A DNA stretch of 63,888 nt, counting the filler, from Octopus bimaculoides (lineage: Eukaryota), in assembly GCF_001194135.2 (NCBI RefSeq). It is 5 parts of 4 records of this genome, joined end to end, with 100 filler letters (N's around TTAATTAATTAA, not from the genome) between each part and the next. Parts side by side here need not be neighbours in the genome. Positions count along the whole stretch, not along the records: positions 1 to 31,114 come from NC_068996.1; positions 31,215 to 53,591 come from NC_068997.1; 3 more parts are not named here. The stretch is one strand, 5' to 3'. The notes below the pieces were generated by a model. It saw only the letters and a program-made list of their open reading frames with translations. It was not told where the DNA came from and ran no database searches. Of this stretch, positions 24,188-37,300 are shown piece after piece (position 1 is the stretch's first letter; every line of letters begins with the position of its first letter). Made by a program: the position numbers and the translations under genes.

Positions 24188-24264
24188 TCAGTCCTCGACG
24201 GCTTGGTCCATGTAGGACTGTGAATCGGCATCCACATCAAAACGACTGGTACCTCCGGTCCCAC
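24188..24264 (-). CDS. Candidate terminal coding exon of an unidentified host gene
   Basis: Acceptor AATTTTTTGGCAG, then (G)GTGGTSRFDVDADSQSYMDQAVED*. The segment is GC-richer than its flanks. No partner exons or homology recognised. Confidence 0.3.
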
Positions 24265-24569
24265 CTGCCAAAAAATTAATCTACTAGACTAAGAATCCTT
24301 TGTTAAAGTTGATGCATTTCTCAGTTATTGTTATCCAAACTAGAAATAGCCAACATAAACGGATGTGAACGAAGATCTGTGATTAAAGTAGTTTTCTGTT
24401 TTTCATTTAAAAAACTATTCAATTTTGCGACAAGGATCAAAAAAGAAAAAAAAAAGAAAAAGAAAATCCCAGAATCATATAACTGTTGTGCAAAAGGAAC
24501 GAGAAATTGTGAAAAATATATATAAAAATGATTCCAAAATAAAAAGATTTCCGAAGCATTTCTATATCT

Positions 24570-24895
24570 TTTTTATTTTACTTGTTTCAGTCATTAGAGT
24601 GCGGTCATGCTGGGGCACAGCCCGAAAGGTTTAGTCGAACAAATCGATCCCAGTTGTTATTCTGTTGGTGTCTTTTGGTGAACCGTTATATCACGGGTAT
24701 GTAAATAAAACAACGTCTGTTGTCAAGGAGGACAAACACAAGACAAACACTAAAACACACACCCATGCACACCCACACACTCACGCATATATACGACGGG
24801 CTTCTTTCAGTTTCCATTTTCCAAATTCACTCACAAAGTTTTGATCGACCCATTTGTCCAAGGTATCACGCAGCGGGACTGAACCCATAAATCAA
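24570..24895 (-). mobile_element. SINE family A, diverged
   Basis: ACGACGGGCTTCTTTCAGTTTCC and GCGGTCATGCTGGGGCAC diagnostic segments. Confidence 0.8.
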
Positions 24896-26107
24896 GCGAC
24901 AATTTGCATTTGTTTTTGTGTGGTGGTGGTCTGATTTGGGCCAATTTGTAATCTGAAATAACGTGGTAAAAAGGGGGAAATTCAGGACATTTTAACTTTG
25001 AAGGAGGAAATTTTTCGTTTGGAGGTATCAATCATTTAGTAGAGTCTATCACTGAGGTTAAAGTGCCATTTGAGATAGTATTTGGGTGTGGCGGATTAGG
25101 AGAGTCGCTAGTGTGTTGGATAGAATACTTGCTCTTGGACCTTTTGCACTCTGAGTTCAAATGTAACCGACTTCAGCTTTGCCTTTCATCCTTTCGGGAT
25201 CGATAAATGAAGTACCAATCAAAGACAGTAGAAGGTCGGGTGGAATGCCTTGAAGTGTATGTTTCCGATCTGTGCGTTTCGAGTTCAAATTCTGACCCAT
25301 CACTACAAAAAAAAAAAAAAAATCCCCACAAAAGGTAAAACTGTCAGTTCGATCTGAAGATCAATGGTCACCAGCGACACCACCATCATCACCACTCGGG
25401 ACAGTATTTCATTTGTTATAATGTTATTGGCATCAACTTGTCATATGGATCAATTTGGGATTTTTGAACAACATTCCTCTAATGAACAACCGAGTAGGAA
25501 ACTATAAAATGAGAATAAGTTGAGAAAATGGTCGATGTGATCGATAAACTAAAAATATTACAATATCGCAAATATATCAACCAATGTCTGTTTTGGGTTG
25601 CCTACTCGAATCTGATGGTTTCGATTAGGCAAAAGTAAGAAATTTATTGATAACGTTCTGTTACCATCTGTCGTCATATCCAGTGAATTTCCAGTGAAAC
25701 ATTTCTTAAATTATATATTTTTATTCTTTTATTTTCTTTCAGTTTGTAATTTGGCTTTCTGCCACCGGAAGTCCTCCCTCACCAACCAATACACTAGCTA
25801 TCTCGTAATTCTGCTGATTACACGATCTTCCGGATTACATGACCAATTTCACCACAAGCAAATCTTCATCGTTGCTGTCTTTATCTTCCTGACAGTTTAA
25901 TCGTTTTAAAAAATATATCCACTTTTCTGACGTTTTACATTGAGTGACTTCCTGTTGCAACACTGCGGGAAAGATTCCAGATAAATGATTTGATGTCAGT
26001 CCGGTTTTCAAACCTTACAGGAGGTTCATTTGTATTTGTGTAAATGCTTTGGATATTTATTAAAATAGATAGCAGAAGAATTAATGGAAATGGTAGAATA
26101 ACTGTTA

Positions 26108-26410
26108 CACCGTCGGTTACAACGACAAGAGTTCCAGTTGATCCGACTGTGAAATTAACGTGCAAGTGAGCGAGCACTCTACAGACACGCATACCCTTAA
26201 CATAGCTCGAGAGGAGACTCAGCGTGACTCAGAATGTGACAAAGCTGGTCCTTTGAATTACAGGTACTACTCATTTTTGCCAGCTGAGTGGACTGGGGCA
26301 ACGTGAAATAAAGTGTCTGGCTCAAAGTCACAATGCGCCGCCAGGAATCGAACTCACGACTGTACGATCTTGAACTTAATACCCTAACCAATAAGCCTCA
26401 CGCCTTCACT
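26108..26410 (-). mobile_element. SINE family D
   Basis: tRNA head, CORE-like ACACTTTATTTCACGTTGCCCCAGTCCACTCAGCTGG segment, and a 3' half shared with family B. Confidence 0.85.
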
Positions 26411-26979
26411 AAATGGTAGAATACTGGATCAAATAGCTTACAGCATTTAATTTACTCCTGTTATATACGGTTCCTCACAGTGGAATCGAACCCAGAATCA
26501 TGTGGTAGCAAATTCGAACTTCTTAACAATACAGTCATATCCGTGTTCATAAACTGTTAATCAAATTCATGAGTACTAGTTATATACCGGTTTCATTTAA
26601 TTATCTTTTAATTCAATTTCTCTTCGAGAAATATGAATTCATAATTAGAAAAATGTGATTGCGCAAATGCGTGGAATGTTGGAAGTTGAGTCTTGTGTGA
26701 AAGCTAAGAATCCTGGTCCTTGATTCTGAATGACAGCAATTAATCGTATGGTTAGAATGCTAGATAGGCTATTATATTTGTTCCCTCTTTCTGCACCCGA
26801 GTTCAAACCCTATCGAGGATAAATTTGTCTTTCATCCTTTCGGGGTCGATAAATAAAGCACCAGTCAAATACTAGCGCAGTTTCCTACTACAGTTCTATA
26901 TTTAAGAGACGAGGAATTATGTACATTATTTACATTATTTACTTTTGACGGATATATGTCCTCATCTTGTTTGTTGTTA

Positions 26980-27023
26980 ACATAACGTTTCAGCTGATAT
27001 ACCCTCCAGCCTTCATCAGATGT
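26980..27023 (-). ncRNA. Minimal type-I hammerhead ribozyme motif within a PLE pLTR-like repeat (~26885-27070)
   Basis: ACAT-CTGATGA-A-GGCTG(GAGGGTATAT)CAGCT-GAAAC-GTT-ATGT. Canonical core, stem I ACAT/ATGT, palindromic stem III ACGT. Confidence 0.75.
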
Positions 27024-27289
27024 CTTGGGGAAATTTCGAACCTGGGTTCTCATTCCTAAGGTATTTTTCGGGCATATGGCGTAGTGGTTAAGAGCGCGGG
27101 CTAGATGGATATACTGGCACCTACTTACAGCTAGATTAACTGATCCGCTGAGAATTAATCTGTATACCAAAATACTTTAGTACCTACTTACAAGCTGGTG
27201 GACTGAGCTATTGAGCGCCATGTATCTTTGCCATAGATAAAGTAACATCTACTTCCGATTTATCCCAGAATGGAGAGGCACGAACTAAA

Positions 27290-27460
27290 TACTGGTTTCG
27301 AATTTTGGTACAAATATTGGGGAAGAGTGTGAGTTGATTACATCGGCCCAGTGCTCAACTGGTACTTATTCCATCGATCTCGACAGAATGAAAAGCAAAG
27401 TCGACCTCGACGGAATTTGAACTCAGAACATAACGATTTTGTCAACTGACCGCCTTAAAA
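27290..27460 (-). mobile_element. SINE family C, partial
   Basis: GAATGAAAAGCAAAGTCGACCTCGACGGAATTTGAACTCAGAAC. Confidence 0.75.
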
Positions 27461-27924
27461 ATGAGCGATCATCTCGGCAGGATTAACTAAAAAAACGTAA
27501 CTATTTACCATTCTGGAACCGTTGTATCCTATCGTAGTAAATTTTCTTATTTTAGAATTAAGTAACTATTGTTTTTTATGGAAGGCTATTGACGAATCAC
27601 GAACAAAATATTGCAAGACATTTGATAATCCGTCACTTAACGATTGCAAGTTTTAGCAGTGGGCAAAATGTTATCTTCATGTATCTATGCGGGATGGATC
27701 GATAAGAATTATAAAATCCGTTTTATGCAACAGAAGCACTATTAGATTAGAGTAGCCATCTATGTATCATACTAGATGCAGATACATCGCAAAGAAACAA
27801 ACTTATTGCGGTATTCGTCATGTATTTTCATTAAGTATGGTAGACAGATATCTTCTTTAATCTATTTCTTGCTTATGGATAAGTTTATGCCTACATAACT
27901 GACAGTGTGCTGGTTATTACACCA

Positions 27925-28222
27925 AGGTTCCAGTTGATCAGATCAACGGAACAGCTTGCTCTTGCAGTTAACATGTAAGTGGCTGAGCACTCCACAGACA
28001 CGCGTACCTTTAACGTAGTTCTCTGGGAGATTCAACATGATACAGAATGTGACAAGGCTTGGTCTTCGAATTACAAGTACAATTCATTTTTGGCTCCTGT
28101 GTGAACTGGGGTAACGTGAAATAAAATGTCTTGCTCAAGGACACAACGCGCTGCCAGGAATCGAACTCACGACCTTACGATCACGAGCCGAATACCCTAA
28201 GTACTAAGCCACGCGCTTTCAC
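27925..28222 (-). mobile_element. SINE family D
   Basis: Same head, core and 3' half as 26108-26410 and 45635-45953. Confidence 0.9.
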
Positions 28223-28649
28223 ATGATGCCTACATTCAGCCATGAACATTGTGGTTTTGACTTCGAGTTATATTGGGAAATAAATGTTTTGACCACGGAG
28301 AAGCAAGCACATGTTCACAGCCATTCTGAATGAAACGTTAAAAGTTCAGTTTCTCATGTTATTTAGAAAGTGGACTTCGGTGGTTAAGTGTTAAGCGCCT
28401 TGATGAGAAATACTGTGACATCTACCTGTTTAAATAACTCGTTGGACAAAGCCATAGAGTGTCAATTGTCCAGTAGACTAATGACTCATCACTGTGTTGC
28501 TACGCTGGGGGTGACACAGAATACAAATCACTGGACTTTCGATCGTTTGGCTTGTGCTATCATTCACTGATTTGGCTATTGACTATTCTCAAAATTACGA
28601 GATTATACAGCGTAAAATTGTATGTAGAGATGATTATAGTATATAGTAT

Positions 28650-28689
<40 letters not shown>

Positions 28690-29870
28690 AGATAGAAGGA
28701 TATAGAGAGAAGGGGAAGTGAAAGAGAATCCCGTCGAAGTTCAATTTAGACTTCCATTCATCAGCGGAAGAGTAGCGGAGATGTCTTTAAAATACCGACT
28801 AAATATTGGGCAAGGTCGAATATATTGACCATATCCAACTCCAGTAATGTAAAAAAAAACAAAAAGTGTCGTCGTGGGTTTGTGTTGAGAAAATCACAAT
28901 GAGTAGACATTGTCGAATCAGTCGATCAATATTCATAACTCTGGGAAATTGTAGGGACAGAATACGAAACACAACTTCTTTCCTACATTTTCTTGTTATC
29001 AAGCGTCTTAATCATAAACCTAACCTTAACTCTAATCCTTTTCGTGCATGTCTTGACGTTACTCAACCACACTCTTTCTTGGTTCCTTATTCCTCTTTTA
29101 CAAAGAATTTGTCCATTTATCTGCTAGATGTTACGGCACCATTATGCCGTTGCGTTATATGAACAAACCATTTCATATTTCGCCTTTTCATAATTGTCAA
29201 GTGCAGGCGAGGATTTAGAGGTTATCAATAAGATCTTTGTAACTAGGGTTACACAATGGCGATAAGCCATCAATTAAATCATTATAGATGGTTTCTTCAA
29301 CGTTTGACAACATATCGATTTCTTCCAGCACAGATACTAAGCTTTCTATGTTGTTTCTGTTGTTGTTTATTAGTCCCTAGGTCATTTCTGACTGTGTAGC
29401 TGTCCTATGACTACTGCACCTTATTGTCATTTCATAGTGTTTTAACAACAACAACAACACCCAGCAGCAATTGCAACAACAACAACAACACACACACATA
29501 CACAAACAACAGGGCAAAAGAAATGTTAAAATAACGCATGAGTTTCAGAATAAACACCCGTTCATGTGATGGCTCTTATTTATTATTTTTTAAAAAATCT
29601 CTGAGACTTTCCGTCTTAGACATTCATTTTTGGGGATTTCTGAACTGGTGGTATGCAACTATTTTTTTTTCAAACAAATAGTAGAGTTTAGGAATCATTT
29701 CAAAGTATGATTCAGAAGAATTTAGATACAGTTAAGGGGTTAATGTTTAAGTTTAGAGACAATGGTTAGGGTTGTGGATTCAGCTCAAAATAATTCAATA
29801 ACCGTTTTCAACTCAAGGCAGACGAAAGTAGCACGCATGCAGGTATGCGTATATACACATCTATACACAC

Positions 29871-29902
<32 letters not shown>

Positions 29903-30399
29903 NNNNNNNNNNNNNNNNNNNNNNNNNNNNNNNNNNNNNNNNNNNNNNNNNNNNNNNNNNNNNNNNNNNNNNNNNNNNNNNNNNNNNNNNNNNNNNNNNN
30001 NNNNNNNNNNNNNNNNNNNNNNNNNNNNNNNNNNNNNNNNNNNNNNNNNNNNNNNNNNNNNNNNNNNNNNNNNNNNNNNNNNNNNNNNNNNNNNNNNNNN
30101 NNNNNNNNNNNNNNNNNNNNNNNNNNNNNNAAAATTCCTGTCGTCTTTCCTAGATTCCTCACGGTCATGTACCAAAACCAACTGGTGTTATTATCAGCTC
30201 TCTTGCCAATGTTGATCCTTCTTAAACCGCCTCCCCTTATTTTCCTTTTTCTCAAGACCTTGCACCGACGACATCGCCGTGTAAAGACGGACGAAAGTCT
30301 TCTAAGCATTTTTTGGCCTGATGTGCTAGCAGTTCTGCCAGTTCTAACACTATGTAACACGATTTTTGTCCTTGGGTAAGAAGTGTTATTTTCCATTTG

Positions 30400-30640
30400 C
30401 TTACCCCTAGAAAGTATGAAAGCTGGTTAATATTTCTTCAAACTTTGTTTTTTGTTACATTTATTCAAACTCCATAGAATTCCTCTCAACACATGGCTAT
30501 GACGTTGCCCCGCTACTCCTGCTCATCATCAGAGATGTACATATTGTCAGCCACTAAAGGATGTGCTCAAATGTTTAAGGTCAAGCAACTGACAAGCAAA
30601 TCTGTGGTATTGAGCGGAATAATTGCTATAATGATATTTC
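30400..30640. mobile_element. Partial diverged copy of the repeat at 47036-47584
   Basis: Shares GAATTCCTCTCAAC...GGTCAAGCAACTGACAAGCAAATCTGTGG with 47340-47470. Confidence 0.75.
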
Positions 30641-31114
30641 TGCTTCAGCAACTCAGCGCTGAATCTGTCTGAGATGTAATGGAAAATAGGTCAGTTTCAA
30701 AACATTGATGTTCAGATCACAAAAGCAAAGTTTGAAGGGAATAGTAGTAATTTCTTTTGATTTCTAGATAGAAGCAAAAAAATTGTTACATAGTGTAATC
30801 GCTGCATTTACTTCACAGAGGACAATTAAACAAGGATCTATTAACGAATAGACGGGATAATATAAGTCATCTTGGATCTGGGTTTCTTCGTGTTATACAA
30901 TTACAGTAAGGTTTATTTTCATATATTAATTGATTTTTGCACTGTGTTTCAGAAAATTAAAGCAATCAACATTTTACAGGTTTCTAGCTATTCGAATGCT
31001 ACAATAGCAGTGATTTTGGTGCACGCATTAACAGCAAAATCTGACTGTTCCTATATATATATACATATACATACATACATACATGCATACATACATACAT
31101 ACATACATATATAT

Positions 31115-31214
31115 NNNNNNNNNNNNNNNNNNNNNNNNNNNNNNNNNNNNNNNNNNNNTTAATTAATTAANNNNNNNNNNNNNNNNNNNNNNNNNNNNNN
31201 NNNNNNNNNNNNNN
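31115..31214. other. Artificial 100-bp scaffold spacer (six-frame stop linker)
   Basis: 44 N + TTAATTAATTAA (31159-31170) + 44 N. Confidence 0.95.
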
Positions 31215-31323
31215 ACGATGATGATATATATATATAAAGAATAAAAAGTTTAGAATGGTACAACAATGCACTATAAAACAAAAAAATGGACTATATACCT
31301 TTTGTAATTTGGTTATCTATAGT

Positions 31324-31362
31324 CCGATGATATTTCGGAATTACAATTCCTTCTTCAGATTT
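31324..31362 (-). ncRNA. Minimal hammerhead motif in a PLE pLTR-like fragment (~31230-31365)
   Basis: AT-CTGAAGA-A-GGAATT(GT)AATTCC-GAAAT-ATC-AT. Canonical core and perfect stem II; stem I is eroded. Confidence 0.6.
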
Positions 31363-31389
31363 TCTTAGTTCGAGTCTCTGCTATGTGTG

Positions 31390-31595
31390 TGTATATGTTT
31401 CCCACCCCTCAACATCGCTTGACAACCGATGGTTGTGTGTTTACGTCCCCGTAACTTAGCAGTTCAGCAAAAGAAACCGATAGAACAAGTACTATGCTTC
31501 CAAGGAATAAGTCCTGGGGTCGATTTGCTCGACAAAAGGTGGTGCTCCAGCATGGCCGTAGTCAAATGACTGAAACAGGTAAAAGAGTAAAAGAG
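31390..31595 (+). mobile_element. SINE family A, 3' half
   Basis: CATCGCTTGACAACCGATG...GGGGTCGATTTGCTCGAC...GACTGAAACAGGTAAAAGAG. Confidence 0.9.
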
Positions 31596-31651
31596 TATGT
31601 GTGCATGTGTGTGTGTGTGTATATATATATGTGTGTGTGTGTGTATGTATG

Positions 31652-31700
<49 letters not shown>

Positions 31701-32284
31701 AACTCACTCACCCTCCCTCTTTCCCTTTCTCTATCAAATGCACTCATTGAATAGCTATGCTTTCTTTTGCAGGACATTAGACGAAGTTCTGATGTTAAAA
31801 CTTTGCGTAGCTTGACATCAGGTACTAGAAAATGTTTGAAGAAGCTAGACTTCTTTAACTTCAAATATTCTAAACGAAAAAATTTCATTTAAAATCACTA
31901 CTGGATATGCAAACTAAGCAAGCTTTTGGTTAAAAACTAAGGATTCATATAAATAAACACAAATATTCTTGCTGAATTAAGACATCATGTGAATTATGCT
32001 GTGAAACTATTGCATATGATAATACTATAGATTTTTCTAAATATTTTTTCTGTATCATATTTCTTCGCATGTTAAGGTAGAGTGTCATGGTTTTATTTCT
32101 ATGTTTTTAATACTCAGAGGTTATTTGAATTTTATATTTTACACATGTTATTCTTTAATTAAAATGTATTCAAAATTAGTATGATACGTAAATTATATTT
32201 GTTGGAAAAGTCTCTTTCTTTATTTCTTCGTTTCAATGACTTCTTTTAAAACCTACAGATTCATCTCGTGTGAAATATGTTCTG

Positions 32285-32460
32285 ATAATATGTGGCAGTG
32301 AAGTTAAAATGCTTGCATCCCAACCATATGGTTTCGGGTTCCGTTTCCACTTCATGGTGCCTTGTGTGAGTGTTTTCGGCAATAATCTTGAACTGACCAA
32401 AAGCCTTGTGACTGGATTTGGTAGATGGAAACTGAAAGAAGTCCATCACATGTATATATG
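32285..32460 (+). mobile_element. SINE family A, diverged 5' half
   Basis: GCCTTGTGACTGGATTTGGTAGATGGAAACTGAAAGAAG. Confidence 0.7.
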
Positions 32461-33171
32461 TGTATGTATGTATGTGTGTGTGTATGTAAGAATGTATGTG
32501 TTTGCATGCATGCGTGTATATGTGTATGTCTATGCTTGTGTAACCTTGTCTTGAAATTGCTGTCATAAAAATTTAGTAGTTTACTGGTAAAGCATGTTCA
32601 CTTTCACAATGTTCATTTTGGTATTTGATATTTGTAATTGATATTCTATAATAATGAAGCTGTATCGCTTAATTTGCTGCTATTGTATACACATACTAAG
32701 AAGAAATCATGTGGAACAGACGTCAGATGTTACTTTGATGAGATACATCTTGTAGTCACCTGAGGAGGCACACCTACACCGACAGCTACACCTAAACCAG
32801 ATGTTCAGTATCCTACCTAGGTTGCTAGATGGACTGCAAAAATTGTAGTAATCAATAAGCAATCTCGTATCTTCCATCTTCCATCTCTCTCGTTAATCAA
32901 ATATATACATACATACATACATATATGCATGTGTCTGTGTATCATATAGGTATCAAAACATTACAGGCATAATGAAAATATTTTTATGAGCAATGTTTAG
33001 CAAAGGGTTCAATGAAATAAAAAAATTCACTTTCAAGTGTTGGGCAGCCAAAGGGTACAGTAAGAGATAGGTATCTGTAGTGCCACACAGTAATATTGAA
33101 CCCAGAAACACTGGATTGAACCTGTTGTTGTACTTGTTTGCATATACTTGTACATGTGTGCTTCTGTGTTT

Positions 33172-33226
<55 letters not shown>

Positions 33227-33264
33227 ATATGGATACATAATGTGTGCGAGTGTAAAAGCGTATA

Positions 33265-33367
33265 TTGTTGTTGTTGTTGGCACTCTGTCGCTTACGACGT
33301 CGAGGGTTCCAGTTGATCCAATCAACGGAACAGTCTGCTCGTGAAATTAATGTGCAAGTGGCTGAGC
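33265..33367 (-). mobile_element. SINE family B/D 3' end running into a gap
   Basis: TTGTTGTTGGCACTCTGTCGCTTACGACGTCGAGGGTTCCAGTTGATCC. Confidence 0.9.
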
Positions 33368-34197
33368 NNNNNNNNNNNNNNNNNNNNNNNNNNNNNNNNN
33401 NNNNNNNNNNNNNNNNNNNNNNNNNNNNNNNNNNNNNNNNNNNNNNNNNNNNNNNNNNNNNNNNNNNNNNNNNNNNNNNNNNNNNNNNNNNNNNNNNNNN
33501 NNNNNNNNNNNNNNNNNNNNNNNNNNNNNNNNNNNNNNNNNNNNNNNNNNNNNNNNNNNNNNNNNNNNNNNNNNNNNNNNNNNNNNNNNNNNNNNNNNNN
33601 NNNNNNNNNNNNNNNNNNNNNNNNNNNNNNNNNNNNNNNNNNNNNNNNNNNNNNNNNNNNNNNNNNNNNNNNNNNNNNNNNNNNNNNNNNNNNNNNNNNN
33701 NNNNNNNNNNNNNNNNNNNNNNNNNNNNNNNNNNNNNNNNNNNNNNNNNNNNNNNNNNNNNNNNNNNNNNNNNNNNNNNNNNNNNNNNNNNNNNNNNNNN
33801 NNNNNNNNNNNNNNNNNNNNNNNNNNNNNNNNNNNNNNNNNNNNNNNNNNNNNNNNNNNNNNNNNNNNNNNNNNNNNNNNNNNNNNNNNNNNNNNNNNNN
33901 NNNNNNNNNNNNNNNNNNNNNNNNNNNNNNNNNNNNNNNNNNNNNNNNNNNNNNNNNNNNNNNNNNNNNNNNNNNNNNNNNNNNNNNNNNNNNNNNNNNN
34001 NNNNNNNNNNNNNNNNNNNNNNNNNNNNNNNNNNNNNNNNNNNNNNNNNNNNNNNNNNNNNNNNNNNNNNNNNNNNNNNNNNNNNNNNNNNNNNNNNNNN
34101 NNNNNNNNNNNNNNNNNNNNNNNNNNNNNNNNNNNNNNNNNNNNNNNNNNNNNNNNNNNNNNNNNNNNNNNNNNNNNNNNNNNNNNNNNNNNNNNNN

Positions 34198-34228
<31 letters not shown>

Positions 34229-34279
34229 ACATACATAATATATATACATGCATATCTATCTATCTATCTAGCAATCTAA

Positions 34280-34322
<43 letters not shown>

Positions 34323-35321
34323 TATTTACATGCATATATATACATGTATATATTTGTATATGTATGCATGCATGTATACATGCATGTATTTATGTATGTA
34401 TGTATGTATGTATGTATGCATGCATGTATGTATTTTTGTATACATGTATGTATGCATGTATGCATGTATATTTGTATATACGCATGTATAACCATTGAGT
34501 ATCCATGTGTGTGTATGTTCTGGATTGAAAGCATATCAGACCTCAACCAATCCATTCATGACAATTCAGTAAAACATATTAAATAAACATTTACTTAAGC
34601 TTATGTGTTCGTATGTGTAAGCATGCATGTGTGTATGTATGTTGTGAGTATTGTGTGTGCGTGTATGTGTATGTGTGTTTGTGTGCGAATGTGTATGTGT
34701 GTACGTGTTTGTTATGTTAAACAAACAAACACGGTGCTAAAGAGTTAATCTTAAATAGTTAAATGGCTAAAACACAAATAACAATGGAAAAGTTCAGTTT
34801 ATATAGTTAGACACATCACAGAGGTAAAACAAGCTACAAGCAACACTTCATAATTTCAGATATTGTGCCAAGTTGTTGATCAAAGAACTCCACAATTTGT
34901 CTTTTGGTACCTAATTAGAAATTAGGTAACATTATCAAAGAAATTGTACAAGACAGTGTGTCCAAAATATTTTTTTTAAAATTCTTATTTTAATCTGTAA
35001 AAGCTTCTTTAATAACCAACACCTGATTATGAAGAATTGTCATAATTTCTCCTAACTTTGCTCACCATATCTTGGCAGAAGTACTTTAAGCAGTCTTTCC
35101 TGTTTTATATTGAAATTTGAAAGAAGGAAGGGAAGAAAAATTACAATAAATCAAAACAAAACTTTTGAAGTTTTCAAATTGAATATTAACTTCAAATCAT
35201 ATTTTAAAATTCAATTAAAATTTTTCTGATTAGAATTTCAAAAATTTCATCTTTAATCCTTTAATCCTATCACATCATCATAATAAAACACTAACATTTA
35301 AATCTTATAAAAAGGTAAAAA

Positions 35322-35367
<46 letters not shown>

Positions 35368-35447
35368 TAAAAAATNNNNNNNNNNATGGTTTCTTTGGAA
35401 ATGTAATTATTACAGCTGATATCAGAGCATGAGTTTTGCAAATGATG

Positions 35448-35449
<2 letters not shown>

Positions 35450-35517
<68 letters not shown>

Positions 35518-35605
35518 TAATAATAATAATCTCAACAACAACATCAACAACAACGATAATGACAATAATGACAACAGCAGTAGCAAAAACAACAACAGAA
35601 ACAAC
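35450..35605. repeat. (AAT)n/(AAC)n compound microsatellite
   Basis: Directly visible. Confidence 0.95.
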
Positions 35606-35802
35606 AATTTTCATCTTGATAGACATAATGTGCAGATGGCATCGTTTTGAGCCCATAGGAAAACACCTTTATCCACCATCTACACAAACTCATCCACCAC
35701 CATCTTACCTATAGTGGCAATGAAAAATGAACATTAAACTGAAAATTAATAAAGAAAATAGCTAACTAGATTAACAAACAGAAATAGATAACTAATGGTC
35801 TA

Positions 35803-35842
<40 letters not shown>

Positions 35843-36319
35843 TTGTTTTTTCTCTCTCTTTCCTTCAGACTTGATATTCTCACATAAATGTGGATTTACT
35901 CAGCCAAATTTAATTTGGAGTCATTGAAAGACATCTTTGAATGACCACTTGGCAGAAAGCTATGTATAATTTCTCTGTTTTATTTAAAAGATAATTCCAA
36001 TATATTTGTTTGGCCGTCTCAATGATAATAACAACAATGATATTTCCTTAGACAGACACTTCCTGTGGATGTAAGAACAAGCAATAAAAATTCACTTCAA
36101 TCATCGTTATTATCATTATTAATCTTATCATCATACTTAGGTTGTCTGTAACAAGAATGCATAATGAAAGCTGTTTGTATTACTGAACACATGAATCTAT
36201 AGTTGTCTGTTCTAGCATTATTAACACTCTTCTATACCCTACTTCAACAAATGTCTCTATTTCTTTACCACTATCTCACTGTGCAAATGTCTTTTACATG
36301 CATATACTGCATCATCATC

Positions 36320-36351
<32 letters not shown>

Positions 36352-36369
36352 TTAATGCCTGTTTTTCCA

Positions 36370-36534
36370 GGCGCAGGAGTGGCTGTGTGGTAAATAGCTT
36401 GCTTACCAGCCACATGGTTCCGGGTTCAGTCCCACTGCATGGCACCTTGGGCAAGTGTCTTCTACTATAGCCTCAGGCCGACCAAAGCCTTGTGAGTGGA
36501 TTTAGTAGACGGAAACTGAAAGAAGCCCATTGTA

Positions 36535-36577
<43 letters not shown>

Positions 36578-36803
36578 NNNNNNNNNNNNNNNNNNNNNNN
36601 NNNNNNNNCCCCCCCCCACCATTGCTTGAAAACCGATGCTGCTGTGTTTACATCCCTGTAACTTAGTGGTTCGGCAAAAAGAGACTGATAGAATAAGTAC
36701 TAGGCTTCCAAAGAATAAGTCCTGGGGTCGATTTGCTCGACTAAAGGCAGTGCTCCAGCATGGCCGCAGTCAAATGACTGAAACAAGTAACGAGAAAAGA
36801 GAG
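36370..36803 (+). mobile_element. SINE family A, full length (internal TA microsatellite and gap)
   Basis: GGCGCAGGAGTGGCTGTGTGGTAA head, GGTTCAGTCCC B-box, ACCTTGGGCAAGT core-like segment and AAGAG tail. Confidence 0.95.
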
Positions 36804-36805
36804 TA

Positions 36806-36925
36806 TGCTGGCCTGGGTTGAGCAGTTTGACTGGAGCTCTGGCAAGAGTGTGTCTGCACCAGGCTCCAGTGTCTGTTCTGGTATGGTTTCTGTGGCTGGA
36901 TGCCCTTCCTAAAGCCATCTAATTT
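36806..36925 (-). mobile_element. RTE-clade 3' UTR fragment
   Basis: GGCTGGATGCCCTTCCTAA and CACCAGGCTCCA match the RTE 3' UTR at 51070-51140. Confidence 0.7.
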
Positions 36926-36927
36926 TA

Positions 36928-37300
36928 TGTAGTACCATCACCAGCGCTTTAAATGTAGCACCATCATGAGTGCATTTTAAGTGGCACCATCACCAGAGAT
37001 TTTTATTTGGCACCAGCATCAGTGCTTTTCCCATGGAACCATCACTAGTGCTTTTTACATGGCACCAGCACCAGTGCTTTTAATGTGGCACCAGCACCAG
37101 TGCATTTAATGTGGCACCAGCACCACTGCTTTTAATGTGGCACCAGCACCAGTGCATTTAATGTGGCACCAGCACCACTGCTTTTAATGTGGCACCAGAG
37201 CCAGTGCATTTAATGTGGCACCAGCACCACTGATTTTAATGTGGCACCAGCACCACTGCTTTTAATGTGGCACCAGCACCAGTGCATTTTATGTAGCACT
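36928..37300. repeat. 26-bp minisatellite, ~14 units
   Basis: Unit GTGGCACCAGCACCAGTGCATTTAAT alternates with GTGGCACCAGCACCACTGCTTTTAAT; the edge units are more decayed. Confidence 0.95.

Noticed and set aside
31159-31170. TTAATTAATTAA as a piggyBac TTAA target or a biological motif
   Set aside because: It always occurs centred in 44 N + 44 N; artificial linker.
36928-37300. CRISPR-like array
   Set aside because: Contiguous 26-bp units with no unique spacers, no cas genes, eukaryotic context.
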